This document shows, one piece after another, positions 23,537 through 35,990 of a stretch of DNA of 64,000 bases. A program made the translations under genes and the position numbers. Numbering within the stretch: the first letter of the stretch is position 1; each line of letters opens with the position of its first letter. The notes beneath the pieces are model-generated. The model did no database searches. It was given only the letters and a program-made list of their open reading frames with translations, and had not been told where the DNA came from. Location: contig OX597817.1 of the NCBI GenBank assembly GCA_951406725.2, positions 119,350,001 to 119,414,000 on the forward strand, in the 5' to 3' direction. Source of the DNA: Octopus vulgaris (lineage: Eukaryota).

Positions 23537-26175
23537 CAAAACTGAAGTGATCATGATTGATAATAAAGAACAGTATTCTCAAAAAAAGTGCTTGCTAAAC
23601 CAGCTTTATTTAAATGCACAGTCTAAATATTCAGACATTAGCATATATAGAATTTATTAATCAGTGTTGCATTTATTCCCACAATTAGTGCTGCTTACCA
23701 TTGTATCTTTCATTTCAGAGAGAGTGGATGCATTTTACTGTATTTTATGATTAGATAGTGCAAGAACAAGTATATTTGTAAACTCATTCTTGCATCATGC
23801 TAATTTTATATGCTAACTTAAATTATATTTTACAAAAATCTGTCATTGGCATAAATATTAAATATTAGGGCATACCTGTGTTTTGCAAAATTTTCTTTGT
23901 TTAAACAAATATTGCTCTACTGGACGTGTCATGCTGCCACTAAAACACATAAACTGGTTGCATTTCTCAACAGTATTATTATCAATTATGGGGGAAATTA
24001 ATGAAATGATTAATCAATTAATTTATTATTTATTGGTTTGTCAAAGTTCTTTTGCCCCAGTCTGTAAAATTAATGATGATAATGATATTCCCTTCAAATA
24101 CTTTCATTATGCTATCCCTCATTTCATACTCAGTTTATCTTAGGGGTCTACATTCTAAGATACAATTAATTAATGAATTAGCTGAATAATTGGTGATAAA
24201 ACTAAAATCAAATACAACCAGTGGACGTATTTTATTAGAAGTATAGCCTCCCCAAATCCAGTGTGCATGTGTGTGTATGAGTACAGCATGTTTGTGTGAT
24301 TATGTGTATGTATATAGTAATTAGATATACTAACAGAAAAATGGTTTCCCAGCCATAAAGAATATGCATGCATACATTTCATTTCATATACATGTGTGTG
24401 TGTGTGTGTGTGTGAGTATATGGGACCATTTCTTCCACTGAATTCTTTCTTAATTCAAAGTTGTAAAGCATAATTTGAGGGAAATTTAGAGGCTGAAACT
24501 AGGTCTTGCACTTGCATAGGGACTTGCCAACATTAGCTTGAAGTAGACTTTCATGTCACGTAGTCCAAAATCAGTTGAAGTGACAATCTCAGTGTTTGAA
24601 CATAAACATCTATATTGTTTAAATATGTCTCTATTTATGAATGTAATTTCTGAAACTTTAAGCTATTATTTATATCAGGCTGAACAACAAGTGAAATAAT
24701 AATGTTTAGTGCTAAGAATTATTGCAAAAACTTCAATTTATCTGTTCTGATATTTATGCAAATATATAAATTTCAGATAAATTCAGATGATTTACAAGTT
24801 AAGATGTAAAACAGCATAATAACAAATAAATATATATTTTAAATAAATTTTTCATTTTTCATTTGGTATATATTTGCAAATTACTCTAATTTTAATGACA
24901 GTAAATATAAATTACTTTAAATTCTGATGTTATTTGTAGATAGAAGAAATAACTCAGTTGAAACAGAATTGGATTCATATAAATGTTCTAGGTTCCCATC
25001 TAGGTTCCCATGTGTTGATGAGGTTCTGTTTTATTGTTAAAATGATTACTAGTCAAAATTTCTAGTTTGACTTCATGGATGGGGTTAATTGTAAAGGAGG
25101 CTTCAATTGATTTGATTTTAAAAAGAAATGAAATGAAGTGATTTTGTAAGAGATGAGATTGCTTAAGACAGTGAAAATATCATATATACAGAGATGTGGA
25201 AATAATGAAGTGAAATGGTGATGGTTGGGTTACATTCTTCAGCCCTACTTTGAATGCCAGATAATATGACAATCAGTAGAACAGACAGTCCAAGGTATCA
25301 GAAAAAGAAAAAAACTTAGGATTACTTTGGCTGAGAACATTGCAAAGAAAAAGTGATTACATTTGTGTTGGTAGACAAAACATAATTATAGAATAGACAA
25401 GGTGTGGTAGACTCTTTGTATCAAATAAATTAGGAGGCAGTGATTAAATTTCTTAGAATGAACAATTCAGAAGAATTATCAACCAGCTTCAAAAGCAACT
25501 GCTTGGATGTAGACACAAGCACACATAAACACATAAGGATATGTGTATGTGTATGCTGACTTTCAAAATGTTTAATTAATAGGGTATATTCATATATGTC
25601 TTAATATGAGTGGGTGTGTGTCTATGTTTGAGTATATATTGGCAAATGAGCATATGTACACATGTATGTATATTTGCATACATGAATATATAATTCTGTT
25701 TACATATGTGTATCAATGAGTGTACACATGTGCATATATATGCATCTGCACAGGCACATGCAAAATGAACACCCAGATACACATTCATGGTTTTTAAAAA
25801 CATTAATTAAAAGCATTTATTAAAAGTATTACTAAAAAAGTACCACACTGGAACATTGCTTAAACAGCAACACAGATTCATGACTTCGACTGTATGAAAT
25901 CTAAAAGCTTAAAGCAGCCATTTATGAAAGCTGAGAGCACAGAACTATCAGGGAGAAGCGAAAGTAACTACATGGTTGAATTGTTTACAGCTGTACCAAC
26001 CTTGTAGTACCTGCATTAATGACAGATAAAAGAAATACATAATAGCATCAAATTTAAATGCCACTACTAAATGAAACAATAATATTAGGAGGTGCTGAAG
26101 TCATAACCTTCAGTAAGTAGTTAATGAAAGGAGTGTCCTGCAATGCAAGCTGTAGGTAAATGATAATGAAGATAA

Positions 26176-26573
26176 TTTCTAATTTGGATACAAGGCTTGC
26201 AAATTAGCAGGAGACATTAATTGATTAACCCTTTCGTTACTGTATTTATTCTGAAATGCTCTGTTTCTTTCAATTATTTTAAATATAACAAAGCATTTAG
26301 TAAAATAACTTGGTTATCATTAAGATAGTGTTAGGGACATAAATTGTGACTAAGGTTTGGTGGAAGATTTTAATTCAAAACTTATGGAAACAAGACATTT
26401 GTACTCAGAGCCGGTTTCAGCTGGATTGGTAACGAAAGGGTTAAATCAACACTTGTACTCGATTGGCACATTATTTTATCAAACCCAGAAGGATGAAAGA
26501 CAAAGATGACTTAGCCAGAATTTGAACTCAGGATGTAAAGAGCCAGAACATTTTGACCAACACTCTAATGAAT
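26176..26573 (-). mobile_element. SINE family A split by a piggyBac MITE
   Basis: GGATGAAAGACAAAGATGAC...GAATTTGAACTCAG is the reverse complement of the family A body; its 3' part resumes left of the MITE. Confidence 0.7.
26229..26440. mobile_element. piggyBac-type MITE (212 bp)
   Basis: Perfect 12-bp TIR CCCTTTCGTTAC / GTAACGAAAGGG with TTAA on both sides (26225-28, 26441-44). Confidence 0.92.
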
Positions 26574-29500
26574 GTGTTTCTGTAGGTGTGTGTGTGTGGG
26601 GGGGGGGTTGTATGGAGAAAGAAAGAGAAATAATTAACTGAGTAGACATATCTAGACGGACAAACCAGAAAGAAAGACTAAGAGAAGGTGGGGTGGTTGA
26701 GAGGCAAAAAGAAGATTAAAATGTAATGAAGTAGCTTCTAAATTTAGTGTTTTATATTTGAGGATTTCTATTTTGAACTGCTTTTATTTATTTATACTAA
26801 ATGCAATAGAAATCTGAATCGTTCATGAAATACATGTCTAAATAAAAATTGGGCACTTTTGTATAAATCCATGATATAATTTGAACGATTTATAAAAATA
26901 TTTTGAAGCATTGTCATTTATGATTGAACCTATGTCTTTTTCTAAACCATTTATTATGCTATATTCTTCAGGGATATCAGGCAACATGATTTATTGTAAC
27001 ATTATAACTGGTTGTCAAAGATGTCTGTCTGTTTGTCTTTAGACTGCTCTTCAACTGCAGGTTTCATGCTGGACTACTTATTACACACACACAGACACAC
27101 ACACATACATGTAAGTTGGAAGTTACTTGATCTATTCTTCAGTTAAGCTATGTCAGTGAGTCATTTGCAAAGATATCATTTCTTCCACTTCTTGTTCTTC
27201 ATTCATATGGCTTCCAACTTATTGATTGCATTTCTCTGCTATCAAAGATTATGAACTCTCTTGCATTTCTAACCAAACAGTTATAAATGTCCATTGTAAA
27301 TCGAAGATTTTCTGTGACTCCTTCATCCTGTTTAAACATGCAGTTAACATTTACTTAGTTGTTTGTGAGGGTTGTATTTCAATACCTTGTAAAGTTATGT
27401 TTTTTTAGAAAATCTGAATGTAAGGCTGTAAATCATTGTACTTTAGTTTTAATTCTTAGACAGATTTTGTGGTACAATGAGAGATGAATTGATATAAACA
27501 GGGTTGATTTTGCACTATGTACAACTTCAATTAAAGTTACATCATTTGTTATCCTTGGCTGATTTACATTATAGTTGCTAACATTTGTTTCCATAGCATT
27601 AAAAAAATTTCTCTCTCTCTCTCTTCTGTCTGTCCCATCTGTCTGTCTCTCTGTCACCCTCCCTCCCTCTCTCAGCGCATATCACAATTTGTGAGGTGTC
27701 TTTCTGTATTGTTGGTTAATCATCCAAAGTTAATTAAACTGCAAGTGACAAAAAATTAGAATAATGTATCTGTTCAATGACATCTGTTCAGTTAAATACT
27801 ATACCTGTTTTCAACTTCAAAACACTACAAGCACTATAAATCACATTCTAACAATACAGACAACCGAACTTCTTCATTACATGACTGATTTGGTTTCAAA
27901 GTTACAATTAAATATACAATGCATATAACTAAAGAAATTTATAAAGAAGAAATCTGCCAGAAGAACTGTTTAGAAAATGCTAGTAAATCTCTTTCTAACA
28001 CTACACACAACCAGGAGAAAATTATCAATTAAAATTACTTTAAGAATTGTTTATTATCTGGATTATTTTTCTATGTTTACTTGGATAAATATTTGCTTAT
28101 AATGTAAACAGGAAATTCTGCAACCGTTTTCAAATCTAACATTTAATGTGCATATATCATCTTTCTAGTTTATTTTCTTCACACTATGAAGTTTAAAGCT
28201 TACAGACAACTGCCCAGTTGTGCAAACTGGCATAATTCCACTCTCTCATAAATTTTTATTCTTTTATTGACCTAGAGAAATAAGCAACTTAATTAATCTT
28301 GAGAAAAACTTGAAACAGCAAAATCCTGGAAAAGTGCCATTGAGAGCACTACAATGTCATGATAAAATCATAATACATAATAAAGGTTTTTTTTCTTTTT
28401 TTTTTGTCTAACAGTTTCTCTTCATTGATATTTCAGAAAGTAACAAATGTTGTATATCTATGAAACAGACTGAGTTAGCAATTTTTTACACTAACAACTC
28501 ATGAAAAAAAAGCTAGGGCCCTTTTTTTGTTTTTTGTTTTGAGAAACTAGTCATAGTTCATGGGGAAATTTTTTTTAAATAATTACAAGCTGTTAACAAA
28601 TGTAGAAAACATTGCCAAACATTGAGATGACTTATTGAGAAATAGGAGATGAAAATGATAGCTCTTCTTTACTCAGGCATAGCTGTTTTATTCACCAAAT
28701 TCAAAATAAATTTAGAACACTTTGGCAAAATGAAGGTTTTTGTGGTGTGAAGACTGGAGTGTTTCATATTACTTTTGAATAATTATAGAGGCGTGAATAA
28801 GATGGGAAGAATATGAAAAAAAAAAGGAAGTTCTTCCTTTCTAAAGAAGAATTAATGTTTGGTGTAAATTGTTAAATAAAAAAATTATAAAATTCAGGGA
28901 AATGAATGGATGAACATCAAATTGGTTGGGTATATAACTATCAAAAATAAAGGAAATGTCATAATAGAGCTTGTATATTGAATAGGCATGTATATTACAC
29001 AAAACATCTTAGATACAGTGTACATGAAAATTAGGGATGGATCCGCATTAGTTGTAGTTACATCAATAATTACTGTAATGTAAAACAAATACATTAAAAG
29101 CATAAATTCTTGAAACTTAGAACTAATGTTTAATATAAATACATTTAAATCCATACGAATGGTTCTTTCCAAAAGATTAATTTTATGGAGAATTATCATT
29201 CCAAGAATAAATTATAAATGGAAAAATAATTGCTTCATAATATTTTCAATAAAAGCGTTTATTGGTTAAGATCATTTTCAAAACATGCTTTTATTATTTC
29301 TGTTAAAATATAATTTGGAAAAAGAGAAGCAAGATAGTTATAGAACATTTTATAATAAATCTTGATAAAGTAAAACAGTCTGGGGGAGAGAGAAAGAACA
29401 GCAAAAGAAATATAACAAATATTTTAAATTACAGCAAGCATCTGAAAAAGAACATAGGAAAAAATTAGAAAAGAAAGAAAAGGTAAGGTTTGTTGGAAAG

Positions 29501-29890
29501 TATTTCATTCATCCTTGTGAGCTGGCTAAGTTTATTAGACTTGATATATGCAAATAGCAAGTAAAATTATTTAATCAAATACTGCTAGTCACACTAAATA
29601 CAAAGTTCACTTCCAACAGAAAGATGGTAAAAGAATTAAGCTTCTGAATGCATTTAAGTGTTTGTGTCAGGGATTATGTAAGCACTTAGGGTAATAACAA
29701 CTTCAAGCTTAAAATATATAAACATTCCTCTTCATCGAACTATTTTATCTTCAGTAAGGTTATTCATATATATATATACATTTGTGTGTACATGTGTATA
29801 GAGTATATATATGTGTGTGTATATATACACACATATATATATACACACACAAACACACATATACATGTATGTATATATATATATACACAT

Positions 29891-30043
29891 TGGCATGGAT
29901 TTGTGTTAAGAAGCTTGCGTCCCAGTCACATGATTTCAAGTTCAATTCCACCATGTGACACATTGGACAAATATCGTCTATTATAGCTCCAGATCAACCA
30001 AATTTTTTTGTGAGTATTTGTAGCAAACAGAAACTGAAAGAAA

Positions 30044-30046
<3 letters not shown>
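29891..30046 (+). mobile_element. tRNA-derived SINE, family B, 5' half
   Basis: GTTAAGAAGCTTGC...AGTTCAATTCC B-box...GAAACTGAAAGAA, colinear with 59970-60340, followed by microsatellite. Confidence 0.75.
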
Positions 30047-30105
<59 letters not shown>

Positions 30106-30116
30106 CATACATACAT

Positions 30117-30147
<31 letters not shown>

Positions 30148-30224
30148 TATACATATACACATATGTATGTATTTGTGCGTGTGTGTATGATGTGGTTGAG
30201 AAGTATGTTCCTGGTTATGGCATA

Positions 30225-30439
30225 TATCCAGTCAGAAGGTTACCACTGGTTTCATGTCTACTATTACACTTGGTATTATAGGTAGCTGGACAGAAGTACA
30301 CAGCCTCTCTGCTAATGGAGGTAAATATACAGTCATTCATAGAAAGACTATGTGCTTCCAGCTTGTAGGTCTCATGAGCCATCTATATTGCCAAGTGCAA
30401 TTGTAGGTATGAAACCATTGGTAACTTTCTGACTGGTTA
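30225..30439. mobile_element. Fold-back MITE-like element
   Basis: About 60-bp imperfect inverted arms (CCAGTCAGAAGGTTACCACTGGTTTCAT... / ...ATGAAACCATTGGTAACTTTCTGACTGG); also visible as similar peptides QSEGYHWFH and QSESYQWFH on opposite strands of the ORF track. Confidence 0.8.
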
Positions 30440-30550
30440 CATGAAATATAATTGCTTAAAACTTCTTTTAGAGTGTAAATTATTCCTGAATTGTGAACAA
30501 CTGATATATACATATATGCACACATGCCTATATACACACACATATATTTT

Positions 30551-30616
<66 letters not shown>

Positions 30617-30808
30617 TATATGTATATCGGAATTTACCATGGCCCCTTTACCCATTCCACACAGCACATTCCTTGGATAATGGAACAGCAGCCTCAACAG
30701 CCAACATATATTTTTATTCTCATATTTCCCTTTATACTTCCAGTAGCTCTCCATTTCCAAAATAACTACTTATATAATGAACTGCACTACTGAAAATCTC
30801 TCATATCA

Positions 30809-30856
30809 TCTCTGATGATGGGATATTTTTTTATATTCCTGAAACAGCTATAAGAC
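30809..30856 (+). ncRNA. Degenerate minimal type I hammerhead ribozyme motif in a Penelope-like terminal repeat
   Basis: TCT-CTGATGA-T-GGGATAT/TTTTTT/ATATTCC-T-GAAA-CAGCT-ATA-AGA: both core boxes intact, 7-bp stem II, palindromic stem III with GTA changed to ATA. Confidence 0.6.
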
Positions 30857-31096
30857 TACCTTTTTCTTTATAAGTGTCCTAGAAATATAAATTTATCACA
30901 CTGCCTTGGTCGTGTTATCTCATTTTATTTAACACAAACACACATGTATATATCTCACATGATCACAGGATCAGACTAGACTCAAAAATGTTGTTATGCA
31001 TCACTGGTCACAATGCACTTTGTTTGCTGGCTAGGCAAGTAGGCTAACATTCCTCCTGATTCAAAGCGGGGACTAGAGCAATGTGAACTAAAGCCA

Positions 31097-31147
31097 TGTG
31101 AACGAATTTGGTAGATGGAAACTGAAAGAAGCATGTCAGATACAGAT

Positions 31148-31209
<62 letters not shown>

Positions 31210-31426
31210 GTGAGTGTGTGTCTGTTTGTCTCCCCACCATCGCTTGACAAGTGATTTGGTGTATTTATATTACTACAACTTAGCGGTTCAGCAAAAGAGA
31301 CTGATAGAATAAGTACTGGGCTTACAACAAAGAATAAGTCCTGGGGTCGATTTCTTTGACTAAATAACCTTTAAGGCAATGCTCCATCATGGCAGCAGTC
31401 AAATGACTAAAACAAGTAAAAGAAGA
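31097..31426 (+). mobile_element. SINE family B, 3' portion with internal microsatellite
   Basis: GGTAGATGGAAACTGAAAGAAGC-(CA)n(TA)n-...GCAAAAGAGACTGATAGAATAAGTAC...GGGGTCGAT...AAGGCAATGCTCCATCATGG. Confidence 0.8.
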
Positions 31427-31527
31427 TCTGTGTTTATCAATCTATCTATCTATCTATCTATCTATATCAATCTATCTATCTATATATATATATATATATA
31501 TATATTATAAATATATGTATATAAATA

Positions 31528-31760
31528 AGATAGTGGTACAATGAAGCACTAATATTTACTGGAAATAGCAGTCAATAGTATACGACACTATAGTAAAGCT
31601 TCGCTGACAAAAATGTTTTCGAGTGGCGAACATAAAAAATTTCATCTTACCTGTAGGAAGAACATTAAATAAATTTACAACCTAGATGTGGATAATCTAG
31701 CATCATATATTATTGACTGCTATTTCCAGTAAATACTGGTGCATTGTTGTACCACTATCT
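31528..31760. mobile_element. Fold-back MITE with TA flanks (Tc1/mariner-type)
   Basis: About 60-bp inverted arms AGATAGTGGTACAA...TATTTACTGGAAATAGCAGTCAATA and its reverse complement; TA at 31526-27 and 31761-62. Confidence 0.82.
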
Positions 31761-31833
31761 TATACTTTATCCTGATGGTGCTTTGCCTTACTGGAAAGCA
31801 ATACCACTATACTGCACTATTTTTTTCTTGTTT

Positions 31834-31869
<36 letters not shown>

Positions 31870-32233
31870 CTGTATTCGTTTCTCTCATTGGATTTCAGCC
31901 ATGTCGAGTGAGTACCATATTAAAAGTTTTTTAGTCAAACATATCAATATCAGTACTTATTTAACTCTAATAATTATTTAATCAATCTCAAATTATTGAA
32001 TGGCTAAATTTATCTTTTTTTGGTGTACAGGGACTAATTTGATGCATTGATTTGTAGTACTATATAAAAATACAGAGACACACATGCGAATATATATATA
32101 CCAAGTGGAAGAATGGATATGTGTGTGTGAATCCTGAGTTAACTTTGTAGCTGCAGCTTTAGATTCCCTGTCAATGTGTGGTGGCATCATGGGCAAGTAT
32201 CTTCTATTTTAACCTTGGGCTGATAGAACATCT

Positions 32234-32272
<39 letters not shown>

Positions 32273-32879
32273 CATGCATGAATGCTTGCCATTATTCAAT
32301 TTTATTTCAAGCTTTCTTACCAATAGAGAAAGAGCTGGTTTCTAACCTAGATCCAAGGCTGCTTCATTGGAAGTTTTGCAGAAAGTTTTGCAGACTTTTA
32401 CAGTTCCAGTGATGGTTTGGATCTGTAGTCTTCAAATCAGCCTTCTCCTTTCTAGTTTTAAGAAGCCTAATTTCTCAAGATCGGTATTTAGGCAGTGTGT
32501 TATACATCCCAGTACTCCAATAATTGTATGCATGCATGCACGTGTGTGTGTGTATGTATATATGTATGTGTTTGTGCATGTGCACATAGGATGTTTTACA
32601 TTCTGCATCAGTGCAAAACAGTCTCTAAGCAGAAGAGTGATATGTTTACATTCCCTGTGAAAACTATTCTCTGTATGCCTGCCCTTTCAAAATCTAATGG
32701 AATAAAAACAAAAACTTCTTAATGGATTACTAACTTATAAAACGATCAAGGGTTCACAATAGGAAGTGCCTTTAACCATGAGATCCCACAACAATAAATT
32801 TCTGACCCAAACTAACACACAAAAATGGACTGACAATGCAAGATTTATATATAAGCACACACAATCAAACATATATTTC

Positions 32880-32938
32880 TGTAGATACACCCACATATAT
32901 AAATATATGTATATATACATGGATGTATATACATGTAT

Positions 32939-33005
<67 letters not shown>

Positions 33006-33016
33006 CACATACACAA

Positions 33017-33051
<35 letters not shown>

Positions 33052-33156
33052 TACACACACACTTATATATACACACACACATATATATACACACACACAT
33101 ATATATATATAAACATATATATAGACCCATACATATATCTATCAATCTAATTATCT

Positions 33157-33222
<66 letters not shown>

Positions 33223-33513
33223 CACGTATATATATATAAAAGACTCTCCCACCTTCCAGAGATTTAAACTAATACACTTGTTTGTTGTTTACACATCTGC
33301 CTTCGTTATTTTTTTTTGTAAATTCCAACTATATATATATAGATATATATATATACATACACCCATATATATATACACACACCTACACATAAATATATGT
33401 ATATATACTTGGATGTATATGCATATATACATATAGATAATATATATACATACAAATACAAATATATATTTATGTGCACATTTATAAATATATATATATA
33501 TATTGATACACAC

Positions 33514-33548
<35 letters not shown>

Positions 33549-33690
33549 CAGCCATATATATATATGTGTGTGTGTGTATGTATATATGTCCATAAACACA
33601 CACACACCCATGTTCACATGCACATAAACTCATACATTCATACACAACCATGTGCCCCCCCCCCCACACACACACACACACACACGATAG
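32880..33690. repeat. Large compound (TA)n/(CA)n microsatellite field
   Basis: Direct reading; source of many spurious YI/HT ORFs. Confidence 0.9.
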
Positions 33691-35163
33691 CCTGCCACAA
33701 ATTTTGGTCCAGCAAATCTTTTAATCAGAATTTGCAGATGAACCCAAGGCTGCAATAGAGAACACAAGCCCAACGGTTGATACAGATGTCTGTAACTGCA
33801 ACAAAAACCCCATTATAAGCTGCATGGCTGTGTGTGTACATGCACATGTGTGTGTGTATGTGTTTGTATGCATGCATTTTTACACACATAAAATTTAGTT
33901 ACTGATTTAAAATTTAAATTAAATAGGCTTTGAAGGATGAAAATACATTCAGCAGTCAATCAGTTAATGAAAACCGCGTGAGGAAATGATGCCAAAAGAT
34001 CACTGTTTTTTATACAAATCTACTTCTACCTGAACCATTATCTTTTTTAAAGTTCCTGAGAGAATTAATATGAAAATTTCACAATAATTTTATGAAATAG
34101 CCTTTCACTTGAGAAAACTATACGAAAGAGATATGTGCATGACTTTGTGCATCCTATTTGTATGCATGTAAATGTATGTGTGTGAATGTGTGCATGTGTG
34201 TGAGCGAGAAAAAGAGAGAGTGTATGTGTTTATAAAAATGTACACAGACACATATTTATACACACACATATACACATAGCCTACTTATTTTTAATACATT
34301 TCTACGAAATACTTTTTATTTATTGAAAAAACATATATCTCATATAGGTTCATAAATTGTTTCTGAATCAGTCATAAACTAAGAAAATAATAAATTTAGA
34401 AAAATATTGTATTTCTTCTTCTTTTTCATAGTAGACTACTACATCATTTCAGACATTCGGTTGAAAGTTGTTCTGGATAGCAGTCAATATGATGAATGAC
34501 TACTAACCAGTAAAAATAAAATAATTACAAGAAGTGAAGCCATTAAATGTCATTCCAGAGAGCAGTGGTTAGATTTAGTCATGGAACTTGGATATATTCT
34601 ACAACTTATAACAAAAACCCTCATTATTATCTTTGTCATATGTTTTTGAATCACTTTCTGCACTGCAATATGTAAGAGCAATGACAATTTCTTTTCTACT
34701 TTTAATAATTTGTAGATTATCATCTAAGGAGATAGAAATTAAATTTTAATAAAATATCTATTGTCATTTTTGCTAGTTAATAGATGCTTAGTAATTACAT
34801 CATTTATAAAACACTATTAAATCCTAATTAATAGTCTTGTTTTGAGAAGTTTCCTTTGAAGCAGAGCAGTTCTCCATCAAAACTTGATAGTCCAATGGTT
34901 ATAGCAATTGTTCGACCAATTCGAAATATAACCATGTTTACATTGCATTCCCAATGAATTACAGAAAATGATTTTTATAGCAGTGACATTATGAAACTGT
35001 AATGATTATAGATTGGTTACAAAATGTGTAACTCAGAGAATACCTTAACTGTTTGCGAAGTACAAAATGTATTTTAAAATGGAAACAATTGAAGAATACA
35101 GTTGAGATGAAAATATCAAACTGCTAAAAAATATCACCTTGCTTTGTTTTATTTTCCTAATGA

Positions 35164-35197
<34 letters not shown>

Positions 35198-35893
35198 GAT
35201 TTTATGGGATAAGATAATTTTTTTGTGCAATAATTTTATTACAAAAACATATTAACTCTGGATGGAATTTATAACACAAAAATTGGGAAAACAGAAAATT
35301 TTGAAAAAGTAATAATTTACAGAGAAATAGGTATCAAGTTTTTTTAAGCTTAGCTCAAACAGCAAAGATAAATGATGGAAGTGACAGAGAGAAAAACAGA
35401 GAGAGAGAGAGAGATGTAAGGGGGAGAGAAAGTTATAGATATAGATAAGGAGATGCATGTCGAAAAATATGGTAGGATAAAGAGTTAAAGAAAGAAAGAG
35501 AGAGAGAAGACAAAAGGGAGAGAAAGAGAAGGAGCATAAAAGGGAGAGAAGACACAAAATAGAGAGAAAGAGAGAGAGCGAGAGGGAAGGAGAGAGAGAG
35601 ACCACGAAAGAAGAGTTTAAGGCAAGTACAGACAGACTAAAAGATAAAGATGGAAAGAATTAGACTAAAAGATAAAGACAGAAAGAATTATTAGGGAGAG
35701 AATATAAGAGATTCAGAGAGAAGAGCATAGTGGTGATGACAATCAAGTTTGAAGACATGGATCGTATTCTGAGCTGCATTATCTCAATGTTTTTAAGTGA
35801 ACGAATTGAAATCAGATTTCTGAAGTATGCAAGTAGACTGAGAATTTACTTCAGTAATTTATCCCTTAAAAAATCACAATTGCATTAGATTTC

Positions 35894-35895
<2 letters not shown>

Positions 35896-35985
<90 letters not shown>

Positions 35986-35990
35986 TATAT
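35896..35990. repeat. Long (AT)n microsatellite
   Basis: Direct reading. Confidence 0.95.

Noticed and set aside
34895-34935. ATGGTTATA...TATAACCAT hairpin as a pre-miRNA
   Set aside because: Only 41 nt with a large bulge; too short and plausible by chance.
35634-35690. Short tandem duplications (also 24988-25011 and 44611-44650)
   Set aside because: Two-unit local slippage events; no spacer structure, not CRISPR-like.
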